Assembly: GCA_963667845.2 (NCBI GenBank)
Contig: CAXXVL010000002.1
Coordinates: 2,656,001-2,720,000, forward strand
Direction of reading: 5' to 3'
DNA length: 64,000 bases
Source of the DNA: Smithellaceae bacterium
Lineage (GTDB): Bacteria > Desulfobacterota > Syntrophia > Syntrophales > Smithellaceae
The notes below the pieces were generated by a model. It did not search any database, was not told where the DNA came from, and saw only the letters and a program-made list of their open reading frames with translations. Below are positions 1-9,567 of this stretch, in pieces. The first letter of the stretch is position 1. The number at the start of each line of letters is the position of its first letter. Made by a program: the position numbers and the translations under genes.

Positions 1-425
1 TCGCCTGCGAACTGGCCGCCCAGGGCAGGGAAAACCGGAAAGTGGGAACCATCTTTGTCCTCGGGGACGATGAAAAGGTTCTGCAGCTCTCCCGGCAGAT
101 GATCATGAATCCGTTCTCCGGTTATTCGGAAGACGAGCGCAATATACTCAATCCGGAGCTGGAAGAAACCATCAAGGAATTTGCGGCAATCGACGGAGCG
201 TTCATCATCAAGTCCAACGGAGTCATTGTCACGGCGGGCAGGCATCTCAGCGCTGCGCTCGAAAGCAAGGATTTCCCGCCCGGATTGGGCAGCCGGCACA
301 TCGCGGCGGCCGGTATCACCAACGTTACCAGGGCCGTGGCCATGGTGATCTCGGAATCATCGGGTAACGTCAGCGTGTTCAAAAATGGCAAGTTGTTTGT
401 GACGATTGAAAAACCAGTAGAATAG
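1..425 (+). CDS. Diadenylate cyclase (DisA_N/DAC domain, DacZ-like), 5'-truncated by the window edge
   Basis: Frame is open from base 3 (ACELAAQGRENRKVGTIFV...). DAC motifs AIDGAFII and GLGSRHIAAAGIT, plus the VISESSG tail, are present. Confidence 0.85.
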   Translation, partial: ACELAAQGRENRKVGTIFVLGDDEKVLQLSRQMIMNPFSGYSEDERNILNPELEETIKEFAAIDGAFIIKSNGVIVTAGRHLSAALESKDFPPGLGSRHIAAAGITNVTRAVAMVISESSGNVSVFKNGKLFVTIEKPVE

Positions 426-435
426 AAAGAGGTAA

Positions 436-3030
436 ATGATGAGATTTGATAAATTCACGTTGAAAGTCCAGGAAGCGCTTCAGGACGCTCAGACACTGGC
501 CGGAACGCTCGGCCACCAGGCCATTGAACCGGAGCATCTGCTTGTTTGTTTTCTGCAGCAGCAAGACGGCATCGCCGGCGCCGTCCTGACCAAACTGAAC
601 GCATCACCCCAACGGGTGGAACAGGAACTGAACACCTATTTGAAAAAGCAGCCGAGTGTCGCGGGTGCCGGCACCGGGCAGGCATACCTGGGTGGCAGGC
701 TCAATAAAATATTTGACAAGGCGACGGCGGAAGCGGCGCAGCTGAAGGACGAGTATGTCAGCGCCGAGCACGTCCTGGTGGCGATGGCCGAGGAAAAAGA
801 AGGCCAGGTCGGAAAAATCCTGCGCCAGAATGGCATTACCAAGGACAATATTTATAAGGTCCTGGTCGATATCCGGGGCAATCAGCGGGTCACCGACCCG
901 AATCCGGAAGGCAAGTATCAGGCGCTCGAGCGCTATGCCCGGGACTTTAATGAACTGGCGCGCAATGGGACGTTTGATCCCGTCATCGGCCGCGATGAGG
1001 AAATCCGGCGCGTGATGCAGGTGCTCTCGCGGCGGACCAAAAACAATCCGGTACTCATCGGTGAGCCCGGTGTCGGGAAAACGGCCATTGTGGAAGGCCT
1101 GGCACAGCGCATCGTCAACGGGGACGTCCCGGAGAGCCTGAAAAGCAAGCGTGTGATCGGTCTGGATATCGGCGCGCTGATCGCCGGTGCGAAGTATCGC
1201 GGCGAATTTGAGGAAAGACTCAAAGCCGTTTTGAAGGAAGTGACGAGCGCCGCGGGAGAGATTATTCTGTTTATCGATGAAATCCATACCATGGTCGGCG
1301 CCGGCGCGTCGGAAGGTTCCATGGACGCCTCCAACATGCTCAAACCCGCACTGGCGCGGGGCGAGCTGCGCTGTGTGGGTGCGACAACGCTCAACGAATA
1401 CCGCAAGTACATCGAGAAGGACGCGGCCCTCGAGCGGCGTTTCCAGCCGGTGCTGGTCAAGGAACCGACGGTGGAAGATACGATCGCCATTCTGCGCGGC
1501 CTCAAAGAACGCTATGAAGTGCACCACGGCGTGCGCATCAAGGATTCGGCCATTGTTGCCGCGGCCACGCTGTCGCACCGTTATATTACCGACCGGTTCC
1601 TGCCGGATAAGGCTGTCGATCTGATCGATGAAGCGGCCTCCCGGCTGAGAATCGAGCTGGACTCCATGCCGTCGGAGATCGACGCTGTCGACCGTAAGAT
1701 TATTCAGATGGAAATCGAAAAGCAGTCGCTCAAAAAGGACACGGATAAGGCGGCCAAAGAACGGCGCGACAAAATCGAAAAAGAACTGGCGGAACTCAAG
1801 TCCAGCATGGATCAGATGAAAGTGCACTGGTCCGCCGAAAAAGACATCATCAAGAAAATACAGCAGGTCAAGAGCCAGGTGGAAGCCCTGAAAACTGAAG
1901 AAGCCAGCGCTCAGCGGCAGGGCGATCTGGCGAAGGCCGCGGAAATCCGCTACGGCAAACTGGTGGCTCTGGATAAAGCCTTGCAGGACGATCAGAAGAA
2001 ACTCGAGGAAATTCAAAAGGGCAACCAGATGCTTAAGGAAGAGGTGGATGCCGAGGACGTGGCCGAAGTCGTCGCCAACTGGACAGGCATCCCGCTTAAC
2101 CGCATGATGGAGAGCGACGTGCAGAAGCTCATCCACATGGATGAGAGGCTCAAGATGCGCGTTATCGGCCAGGATGACGGCATTAAGGCTGTATCCGACG
2201 CACTGAGAAGGGCGCGCGCCGGTTTACAGGATCCGAACCGCCCCATCGGCTCGTTTATTTTTCTGGGTCCGACGGGTGTCGGCAAAACGGAACTGGCAAG
2301 AGCGCTTGCGGAATTCATGTTCGATAATGAGCAGGCCATGATCCGGATCGACATGTCGGAATACATGGAAAAGCACGCCGTGGCGCGTCTGATCGGCGCT
2401 CCGCCCGGCTATGTCGGTTATGACGAGGGGGGCTATCTTACGGAGGCCGTCCGGCGCAAGCCTTACAGCGTTCTCCTTTTCGATGAAATTGAAAAGGCGC
2501 ATCCGGATGTCTTCAATATCCTGCTCCAGATCCTCGATGACGGCAGGTTGACGGACGGGCACGGCCGTACAGTGGACTTCAAAAATACGGTTGTGATCAT
2601 GACATCCAATGTCGGCAGTCAATGGATTCAGGATCCGTCTCTCAGCGACGAAGACAAAAAGAACCGGTCCATGGAGGTGTTGCGCGCGACTTTCAAACCG
2701 GAGTTCTTAAACCGCATTGACGATATCATCATGTTCCATGGATTGACTCTGGAGGATATTCATCGAATCGTCGGCATCCAGTTGGGGCTGATTGACAAGC
2801 GGCTGCAGGAGCGCAAACTCAGCATCGAATTGACAGAAGCGGCGAAAAAATATATAGGCGAGCAGGGTTACAGCCCGGTGTACGGTGCGAGACCTCTGAA
2901 ACGGGCGCTGCAAAAGCTCATCTTGGATCCACTGGCGCTCGATATTCTGGCGGGCAAATTCGCAGAGGGTGATCATGTCACCATCGGCGTATCCAAAGGG
3001 GAGATTACATTCAACAAGAAAGCCCGATAG
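436..3030 (+). CDS. clpB: ATP-dependent chaperone ClpB
   Basis: 864 aa; Clp N-domain, two Walker A motifs ([16 protein letters not shown]), coiled-coil middle domain, GARPLKR motif. Confidence 0.97.
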   Translation: MMRFDKFTLKVQEALQDAQTLAGTLGHQAIEPEHLLVCFLQQQDGIAGAVLTKLNASPQRVEQELNTYLKKQPSVAGAGTGQAYLGGRLNKIFDKATAEAAQLKDEYVSAEHVLVAMAEEKEGQVGKILRQNGITKDNIYKVLVDIRGNQRVTDPNPEGKYQALERYARDFNELARNGTFDPVIGRDEEIRRVMQVLSRRTKNNPVLIGEPGVGKTAIVEGLAQRIVNGDVPESLKSKRVIGLDIGALIAGAKYRGEFEERLKAVLKEVTSAAGEIILFIDEIHTMVGAGASEGSMDASNMLKPALARGELRCVGATTLNEYRKYIEKDAALERRFQPVLVKEPTVEDTIAILRGLKERYEVHHGVRIKDSAIVAAATLSHRYITDRFLPDKAVDLIDEAASRLRIELDSMPSEIDAVDRKIIQMEIEKQSLKKDTDKAAKERRDKIEKELAELKSSMDQMKVHWSAEKDIIKKIQQVKSQVEALKTEEASAQRQGDLAKAAEIRYGKLVALDKALQDDQKKLEEIQKGNQMLKEEVDAEDVAEVVANWTGIPLNRMMESDVQKLIHMDERLKMRVIGQDDGIKAVSDALRRARAGLQDPNRPIGSFIFLGPTGVGKTELARALAEFMFDNEQAMIRIDMSEYMEKHAVARLIGAPPGYVGYDEGGYLTEAVRRKPYSVLLFDEIEKAHPDVFNILLQILDDGRLTDGHGRTVDFKNTVVIMTSNVGSQWIQDPSLSDEDKKNRSMEVLRATFKPEFLNRIDDIIMFHGLTLEDIHRIVGIQLGLIDKRLQERKLSIELTEAAKKYIGEQGYSPVYGARPLKRALQKLILDPLALDILAGKFAEGDHVTIGVSKGEITFNKKAR

Positions 3031-3054
3031 ACTACAGACGATCAGGCTGTTAGG

Positions 3055-3128
3055 TGTAGGGAACGGCTTGTGACCTCGCGTGGCCTTTAGGTTATTAGCT
3101 GGTCAGGTTATCGCGACCGTTTCCTGCA
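3055..3128. repeat. GTAG-type REP-like long hairpin
   Basis: TGTAGGGAACGG ... CCGTTTCCTGCA outer arms pair (with G-U); inner GTGACCT/AGGTTAT stem; intergenic. Confidence 0.5.
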
Positions 3129-3150
3129 AAAATATCGATGGGGAGGATTT

Positions 3151-3540
3151 ATGGAGGAAGAAAAAAAAGGCGAAGGATTTGTCATCAAGGATAAACGTTT
3201 TTCAGAAGAGTCGGCCCCGAAAGAAGAACCGGCGGCCCCGAAAGGTTCTCCCGAAAAAGAGAATATAGAAAAACCCGCCGGCGAACCGATGGATTACCCG
3301 CCGGTCAACTTCACCAATTTCGTTATATCGCTCAGTACCTCAGCTCTCTTTCATTTCGGCGATTTCCCCGAATACGAGGGGGAAAAGGCAGAGAAGAATC
3401 TTCCGGCAGCTAAACAGACGATTGATATTCTGGATATGCTTCATGAGAAAACCAAAGGGAATCTGGATCAAAATGAAGCGAGCTTAGTGGAAGGCGTCCT
3501 GTACGAGCTGAAAATGCGCTATGTGAAAGAAAAGGGCTGA
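3151..3540 (+). CDS. DUF1844-family protein
   Basis: Low-complexity N-terminus, then FxxFVxSL...AKQTIDILxMLxEKTKGNL...LYELKMxYV signature; GGAGG RBS. Confidence 0.8.
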   Translation: MEEEKKGEGFVIKDKRFSEESAPKEEPAAPKGSPEKENIEKPAGEPMDYPPVNFTNFVISLSTSALFHFGDFPEYEGEKAEKNLPAAKQTIDILDMLHEKTKGNLDQNEASLVEGVLYELKMRYVKEKG

Positions 3541-3541
3541 A

Positions 3542-4384
3542 ATGCGAAGGCTCGCGCCCGCAAAAATTAATCTTTTGCTGCGCGTTCTCAGGAAGCGCCC
3601 TGATGGTTATCACGATCTTGCTTCCCTGATGCAGCAAATATCAATCTACGATGAATTAACCTATTCCCTCCGACCGGAGGGAATTTTCCTTCAATGTCCC
3701 GGGACGGACCTCCCGACGAATGAGGACAATCTGATTTACCGCGCCGCCCAGGCGCTTTTTCATTATACGGGATACAAGGCCGGCGTTGAAATCGTCCTCA
3801 CCAAGCGTATTCCGTCCGCTGCCGGCTTGGGCGGCGGAAGCTCCGATGCGGCAACGACTCTGATGGCCGTAAATGACCTGTGTTCATTCAGACTCGGCAA
3901 GACGGATCTCATGAAACTGGGAGCAAAGCTGGGTGCTGATGTTCCTTTTTTTATTTTCGGGAGCTCGGCATTCGCCACCGGCATCGGTGATCAACTTCAA
4001 GCCCTGTCCGATTTGCCCGAACTCAACATGGTTTTAATCAATCCCGCCTTTCCCCTCTCCACAAAAACGGTTTATGAAAATCTCAATTTAGCATTGACAA
4101 AGAAAAAAAATAATTATAGCATTCCGCGATTTTACGCATTAGGCGACGTTGTTCGGGAATTGCATAATGATTTAGAATCGGTATCGCTCCAGATGCATCC
4201 CGGACTGAACGATTTCAAGCAAATGCTGATAAAAGAAGGCGCCCTAGGTGCTTTGATGTCGGGCAGTGGCCCCACGCTATTTGGCATTTTTGCGGACAAA
4301 AAATCGGCTGAAGAAGCGCGGGAGGCTATTTCAAAAAAAGTTTCCGGAGAATGTCTGGTCTTCTTTGCCCAATCACTGAAGTAG
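3542..4384 (+). CDS. ispE: 4-diphosphocytidyl-2-C-methyl-D-erythritol kinase
   Basis: APAKINL, RPDGYHDL, PxxAGLGGGSSDAA (GHMP kinase), LGADVPFF and MSGSG motifs; conserved ispE-tRNA-Gln-prs-rplY-pth synteny. Confidence 0.96.
   Translation: MRRLAPAKINLLLRVLRKRPDGYHDLASLMQQISIYDELTYSLRPEGIFLQCPGTDLPTNEDNLIYRAAQALFHYTGYKAGVEIVLTKRIPSAAGLGGGSSDAATTLMAVNDLCSFRLGKTDLMKLGAKLGADVPFFIFGSSAFATGIGDQLQALSDLPELNMVLINPAFPLSTKTVYENLNLALTKKKNNYSIPRFYALGDVVRELHNDLESVSLQMHPGLNDFKQMLIKEGALGALMSGSGPTLFGIFADKKSAEEAREAISKKVSGECLVFFAQSLK
4094..4122 (+). promoter_or_regulatory. Probable sigma70 promoter inside ispE, driving tRNA-Gln/prs
   Basis: TTGACA (4094-4099), 17-nt spacer, TAGCAT (4117-4122), in an AT-rich patch. 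Confidence 0.5.
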
Positions 4385-4413
4385 ATGTTATTATTAATTT
4401 AATAGAGAGACGA

Positions 4414-4488
4414 TGGGGCGTCGTCAAGCGGTAAGACACAGGATTTTGGTTCCTGCACTCGGAGGTTCGAATCCTCCCGCCCCAGCCA
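4414..4488 (+). tRNA. tRNA-Gln(TTG)
   Basis: Cloverleaf TGGGGCG...CGCCCCA-G-CCA; anticodon arm CAGGA-TTTTGGT-TCCTG; GGTTCGAATCC T-arm. Confidence 0.97.
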
Positions 4489-4514
4489 AAAATGATTAGC
4501 GGAGAACTATTTAA

Positions 4515-5456
4515 ATGCTAGAAAGAATAAGAATTTTTTCCGGAAACGCCAATATCGAACTCGCCAAAAAGATTTGTGATAAACTGGTCGTCCCACTGGG
4601 TAAAGCCAATGTCACGACATTCAGCGACGGAGAAACGCGCGTTGAGATCAACGAAAACGTCCGGGGTATGGATGTCTTTATCATTCAATCCACCTGTTCG
4701 CCGGTAAACGTGTCGTTGATGGAGCTGCTGATTATGATCGACGCCATGAAAAGGGCGTCGGCCGATCGCATTACGGCGGTTGTTCCTTATTACGGATATG
4801 CCAGGCAGGACCGAAAAGTTGCGCCGCGCGCGCCCATTTCGGCAAAATTAGTGGCCGATCTGATTACCACTGCCGGTGCTCAGCGCCTGTTGGCTATGGA
4901 CTTACATGCCGGCCAGATTCAGGGTTTTTTCAATATCCCCGTCGACAACCTGTTTGCCACACCCGTTTTGATTGATTACATGAAGAGACATTATATGGAT
5001 GATACGGTCGTGGTTTCACCGGATACCGGCGGCGTCGAAAGAGCACGCGCTTTCGGTAAAAGGCTGGGTGCGTCTCTGGCCATCATCGATAAACGGAGAG
5101 AAGGTCCGAACGAAGCCCAGGTGATGAACATTATCGGTAACATTAAGGGGAAGAGGGTCATCATTCTCGACGATATGGTCGATACGGCGGGGACGGTTGT
5201 CCAGGCGGCCAATGCGTTGACGGCTGCCGGCGCTCTTGAAGTATCCGTCTGCTGTACGCATCCGGTGTTGTCGGGTCCGGCACTTGACCGCATTGAAGGC
5301 TCCTGCATCAAGGAATTTATCGTCACGGATACGATACCGCTCAGCGAGCGGGCTGCGAAGTGTGAAAGAATAAAAATATTATCGGTGTCCGGTCTCCTGT
5401 CCGAGGCCGTACGCCGCATATATTATAACGATTCAGTAAGCTCATTATTTATTTAG
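4515..5456 (+). CDS. prs: Ribose-phosphate pyrophosphokinase
   Basis: [23 protein letters not shown] and DDMVDTAGT motifs. Confidence 0.97.
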   Translation: MLERIRIFSGNANIELAKKICDKLVVPLGKANVTTFSDGETRVEINENVRGMDVFIIQSTCSPVNVSLMELLIMIDAMKRASADRITAVVPYYGYARQDRKVAPRAPISAKLVADLITTAGAQRLLAMDLHAGQIQGFFNIPVDNLFATPVLIDYMKRHYMDDTVVVSPDTGGVERARAFGKRLGASLAIIDKRREGPNEAQVMNIIGNIKGKRVIILDDMVDTAGTVVQAANALTAAGALEVSVCCTHPVLSGPALDRIEGSCIKEFIVTDTIPLSERAAKCERIKILSVSGLLSEAVRRIYYNDSVSSLFI

Positions 5457-5470
5457 GAGGAATGGGGTAA

Positions 5471-6130
5471 ATGGAAATCACCGATTTAGCGGCGGAAGTC
5501 CGTAAAGAACAGAAGAAAGGTCCAGCCCGCCGATTGCGGCAGCAGGGATTTGTGCCGGCTATTTTTTACGGCGGATCCACTGAAAATATACAGCTGGCCG
5601 TGAAGAGCAGTGACCTGCAGAAACTGCGCAAAGAAAAAAAAGTTCATGCCTTTATCAAGTTAATTATTGATGACGGCGGCAACAAAATCGAGAAGCTTTC
5701 TTTAATAAAAGAATTGCAGACTCAGCCCTTAACGGGAAAACTATTCCACGCGGACTTTTATGAAGTCGATATGAAGAAGAAGCTGGCCTTTGACGTCACC
5801 TTGAACTTCGTCGGCAAAGCCATCGGCGTGGAAAACGGCGGTGAATTGCAGCACATCAAGCGGGAAATTAAAGTTTTATGTCTGCCTGCGGATCTGCCGG
5901 ATCATATCGACGTGGATATAACGGCGATCGAGATTGGTCATTCCATCAAAGTTAAGGATATCGCAGTTCCCGAGACGATGACCGTTATGGATATTCCGGA
6001 TGCCGCAGTCGTATCCGTGGCGGCGGTCAAAGTTGTAAAGGTTGAAGCTGCTGAAGCAGTTCCGGCCGAGGGTGAAGCGGCTGCCGCGGCTGAACCGGCG
6101 AAAGACGAAAAGAAAGAAAAGGAAAAATAA
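5471..6130 (+). CDS. rplY: 50S ribosomal protein L25/Ctc
   Basis: ARRLRQQGFVPAIFYG, HADFY and GVENGG motifs; acidic/Ala-rich tail; synteny. Confidence 0.95.
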   Translation: MEITDLAAEVRKEQKKGPARRLRQQGFVPAIFYGGSTENIQLAVKSSDLQKLRKEKKVHAFIKLIIDDGGNKIEKLSLIKELQTQPLTGKLFHADFYEVDMKKKLAFDVTLNFVGKAIGVENGGELQHIKREIKVLCLPADLPDHIDVDITAIEIGHSIKVKDIAVPETMTVMDIPDAAVVSVAAVKVVKVEAAEAVPAEGEAAAAAEPAKDEKKEKEK

Positions 6131-6216
6131 GCTTCAAACCATAAATTGGGCGGGAGAGCATGTTTCCCTCTGGATTGGCAAAATTTTTTTCGCGGTTTCG
6201 GAAAGAGGGGGAACGC

Positions 6217-6810
6217 GTGGTTTATCTGATTGTTGGTTTGGGTAATCCCGGCAGGCGCTATGCGGCAACCCGGCACAATATCGGATTTATGGTGCTCGAG
6301 AAGCTGGCCGCCAAGCTGGAAATAGATTTAAAGCAGAAGAGTTTTAACTCCTTATGGGGCAAAGGCAATCTAGCAGAGCACAGTATCCTTCTGGCCGAGC
6401 CTCAAACATTCATGAATTTGAGTGGTACTGCAGTCAGGCAATTGCAGTCGTTCTTTAAAACGGATATCAGCAATCTCATTGTTATTCACGATGACCTTGA
6501 CCTTCCGTTCGGGTCAGTTCGACTGAAAACGGGAGGAGGGACTGCCGGTCATAAAGGGCTGGCATCTATCGAGTCTAACTTGGGAACTACCGGTTTTATT
6601 AGAGTCAGACTGGGTATTGGCAAACCAGTTGACAAATCGCGAATTGAGGGTTATGTGTTGGAACCCTTCCGGCAGGAAGAGCAAGAGGTGCTACCGGATA
6701 TTATCAGTCTGGCCGCCGATGCAAGCGCTGAAATTGTTTTGAGTGGTCTGCAGAAAGCGGTAAGCAAGTACCAGACAAAAAATATAAAATTTTCGAAAAA
6801 GGAGGACTAG
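6217..6810 (+). CDS. pth: Peptidyl-tRNA hydrolase
   Basis: LIVGLGNPG, TRHNIGF, PQTFMNLSG, HDDLDL and GHKG motifs; GTG start at 6217 after a GAGGGG RBS. Confidence 0.95.
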   Translation: MVYLIVGLGNPGRRYAATRHNIGFMVLEKLAAKLEIDLKQKSFNSLWGKGNLAEHSILLAEPQTFMNLSGTAVRQLQSFFKTDISNLIVIHDDLDLPFGSVRLKTGGGTAGHKGLASIESNLGTTGFIRVRLGIGKPVDKSRIEGYVLEPFRQEEQEVLPDIISLAADASAEIVLSGLQKAVSKYQTKNIKFSKKED

Positions 6811-6813
6811 TTA

Positions 6814-9249
6814 ATGTTTAAGACCAAACGAAGTATCTGGACATTTTTACTGAGCGGTTTGATAATTCTGCTCGCAGCCGGTGCCGCTTTTGCCGGTGAG
6901 GCAAACATCAAGCTGCCTGATTTGACTCAGGTTAAGTTTTTTGGTGGCGCCCTTGGTGGGACAACCATTCTTAACTTCGGGTTGCTTATCTGCCTGGTCG
7001 GTTTAGGATTCGGTTTCATGCAGTACTCGCAGACAAAAAATCTGCCTGCGCACAAGTCCATGCTGGATGTTTCCCAGACCATTTGGGAAACCTGCAAGAC
7101 TTATCTTTTACAGCAGGGAAAATTCCTGCTCGCTTTGTGGATACTGATTGCCATTTGTATTATTTACTATTTCGGCGCTCTTTCGCATATGGGTGCATCA
7201 AACGTGATCATCATCCTGTTTGCTTCCGTCATCGGTATTCTTGGTTCCTATGCGGTGGCCTGGTTCGGGATTCGTATCAACACGGTCGCTAACTCCCGCG
7301 CCGCTTTTGCCTCTCTTTCCGGCAATCCCCTCAACATCGTCAATATCTGCCTGCGTTCCGGTATGAGCGTAGGACTCGTTCTGGTCAGCATTGAGTTGTT
7401 TGTCATGCTCATCATTCTGGTTTACGTTCCCCAGGCAGTGGCCGGCGCCTGTTTCATCGGCTTCGCCATTGGTGAATCGCTGGGTGCTTCCGTGCTGCGT
7501 ATCTGCGGCGGTATTTTCACCAAGATTGCCGACATCGGTTCCGACCTGATGAAGATCGTCTTCCATCTTCCCGAAGACGACCCGAAAAACCCCGGTGTTA
7601 TCGCCGACTGTACGGGTGACAACGCTGGTGACAGCGTCGGTCCCTCGGCGGATGGTTTTGAAACTTACGGCGTGACCGGTGTTGCCCTGATCACCTTCCT
7701 GGCTCTGGCGCTGGCTTCCACCCCGGAGATGGGCGGTCGTTTGATCGTCTGGATTTTCGCCATGAGAATCCTCATGATTCTGACCTCGCTTGCCTCTTAC
7801 TTCATCAATGACGGTATCAGTCAGGCCGCTTTTGGTGGTAAAAAAGAATTCAATTTTGAACATCCGTTAACCAATCTGGTTTGGATCACTTCGCTCGTTT
7901 CCATCGCCGTTACGTTTATTGCCAGCTATTTTCTGCTGGGCGACCTGCCGGCACAGTATGCTGGTTTGTGGTGGGCCCTGGCTGTTATCATCAGTTGCGG
8001 AACCATCGCCGGCGCTTTGATTCCGGAATTTACCAAAATATTCACCAGTACGTCTTCACGTCACTGCGAAGAAGTTGTTAATGCTTCCAAGCAGGGCGGT
8101 GCTTCGCTGAACATTCTTTCCGGTCTGGTTGCCGGTAACTTCTCCGGTTTCTGGCTGGGTATGGTTATTATGTTCTTGATGTTCATCGCGTACATGGTGT
8201 CGAAGCAGGCGGCCGTTCTGGCGATCATGCCCGCGGCTTTCGTATTTGCCGCGCCCGTGTTTGCTTTCGGTCTGGTTGCCTTCGGTTTCCTGGGCATGGG
8301 TCCCGTGACCATCGCGGTCGACAGTTTTGGTCCGGTATCGGATAACGCGCAGTCCATTTATGAACTGTCTCTGATCGAATCCCGTCCTGATACGAAAGCT
8401 GTTGTTAAGAAAGAATATGGTATTGAACCGAATTTTGAATCGGCCAAGCACTTCCTGGAATCTGCAGATGGTGCGGGCAATACCTTCAAAGCGACGGCCA
8501 AGCCCGTGTTGATCGGTACCGCCGTTGTCGGCGCCACCACCATGGTGTTCGGCATCATCATTATGCTCGAAGGTCTCTTCGGCAATGTCATCGCTAAACT
8601 TTCGCTGGTTCAACCGGAAATTATTCTCGGTCTGATTGCCGGTGGTAGTGTTATTTACTGGTTCTGCGGCGCATCCATTCAGGCAGTTGTCACCGGCTCT
8701 TATGAAGCGGTTGTGTACATTAAGAAGAACATCAAACTGGACAAGAAGGAAGCTTCGATTGAAGACTCCAAGGAAGTCGTCAAGATTTGTACCCAGTATG
8801 CTCAAAAGGGTATGATCAACATCTTCATCGTGATCTTCTTCATGTGTCTGGCGTTCTCCTTCTTTAACCCCTACTTCTTCATCGGTTACCTGATCGGCAT
8901 CGCCTTCTTCGGTCTGTTCCAGGCGATCTTCATGGCCAACGCCGGCGGTTGCTGGGACAACGGCAAGAAGATTGTTGAAGTTGACCTGAAGATGAAGAAC
9001 ACCCCGCTGCACGAAGCCAGCGTTGTCGGCGACACCGTCGGCGACCCCTTCAAAGATACGTCTTCTGTTTCTTTGAACCCGATCATCAAATTCACGACTC
9101 TGTTCGGTCTCTTGGCAACGGAAATCGCCGTTACCATGACGAATGCGAATTTGAAATTGGGTCTGGCCATTGTCTTCTTGCTGATCGCTCTTGTTTTCGC
9201 GTATCGTTCTTTCTACAGCATGAGAATCTCCGCTGAAAAACTGGGCTAA
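6814..9249 (+). CDS. hppA: Membrane-bound ion-translocating pyrophosphatase, probably K+-independent
   Basis: GGIFTKIADIGSDL, EDDPKNPGVIADCTGDNAGD, GNTFKA (Lys at the K+-determining site), WDNGKK and GDTVGDPFKD motifs; many TM helices. Confidence 0.92.
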   Translation: MFKTKRSIWTFLLSGLIILLAAGAAFAGEANIKLPDLTQVKFFGGALGGTTILNFGLLICLVGLGFGFMQYSQTKNLPAHKSMLDVSQTIWETCKTYLLQQGKFLLALWILIAICIIYYFGALSHMGASNVIIILFASVIGILGSYAVAWFGIRINTVANSRAAFASLSGNPLNIVNICLRSGMSVGLVLVSIELFVMLIILVYVPQAVAGACFIGFAIGESLGASVLRICGGIFTKIADIGSDLMKIVFHLPEDDPKNPGVIADCTGDNAGDSVGPSADGFETYGVTGVALITFLALALASTPEMGGRLIVWIFAMRILMILTSLASYFINDGISQAAFGGKKEFNFEHPLTNLVWITSLVSIAVTFIASYFLLGDLPAQYAGLWWALAVIISCGTIAGALIPEFTKIFTSTSSRHCEEVVNASKQGGASLNILSGLVAGNFSGFWLGMVIMFLMFIAYMVSKQAAVLAIMPAAFVFAAPVFAFGLVAFGFLGMGPVTIAVDSFGPVSDNAQSIYELSLIESRPDTKAVVKKEYGIEPNFESAKHFLESADGAGNTFKATAKPVLIGTAVVGATTMVFGIIIMLEGLFGNVIAKLSLVQPEIILGLIAGGSVIYWFCGASIQAVVTGSYEAVVYIKKNIKLDKKEASIEDSKEVVKICTQYAQKGMINIFIVIFFMCLAFSFFNPYFFIGYLIGIAFFGLFQAIFMANAGGCWDNGKKIVEVDLKMKNTPLHEASVVGDTVGDPFKDTSSVSLNPIIKFTTLFGLLATEIAVTMTNANLKLGLAIVFLLIALVFAYRSFYSMRISAEKLG

Positions 9250-9273
9250 TCAGGAAGTTTAACCCTTAACCTC

Positions 9274-9307
9274 AAAAGGCGCTCCCGAAACGGAGCGCCT
9301 TTTTTTT
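9274..9307 (+). terminator. Rho-independent terminator
   Basis: AGGCGCTCC-cgaaac-GGAGCGCCT stem followed by a T run and preceded by an A run. Confidence 0.9.
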
Positions 9308-9567
9308 GGATTCAGATCACTTGCCTCAACATTAAGCATGCGAGTTGAAACCCGCCATAGATAAGCTTTTCCTGCAAATGACGACTTCAATAAATAATTG
9401 ATTATTATTCGGTAAAATCAAAGATGCCTATTAGGGGTTTCTGCGAAATAATATTTTCTTAAAGAAAGTGGATCTTTAAGATAATGTATCATTTCTTAAA
9501 AATATTTTCTTAAAAATAAGACTTACGCGGTCTGCCCGGATTCAGAAGATCAGCCAAAGAGCAGGTG

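Noticed and set aside
604..2136. 510-aa antisense ORF (similar ones at 8056-9012, 12736-13683, 15450-16250, 40644-41597, 51768-52727)
   Set aside because: Shadow frames lying wholly opposite well-supported genes, with no recognisable motifs.
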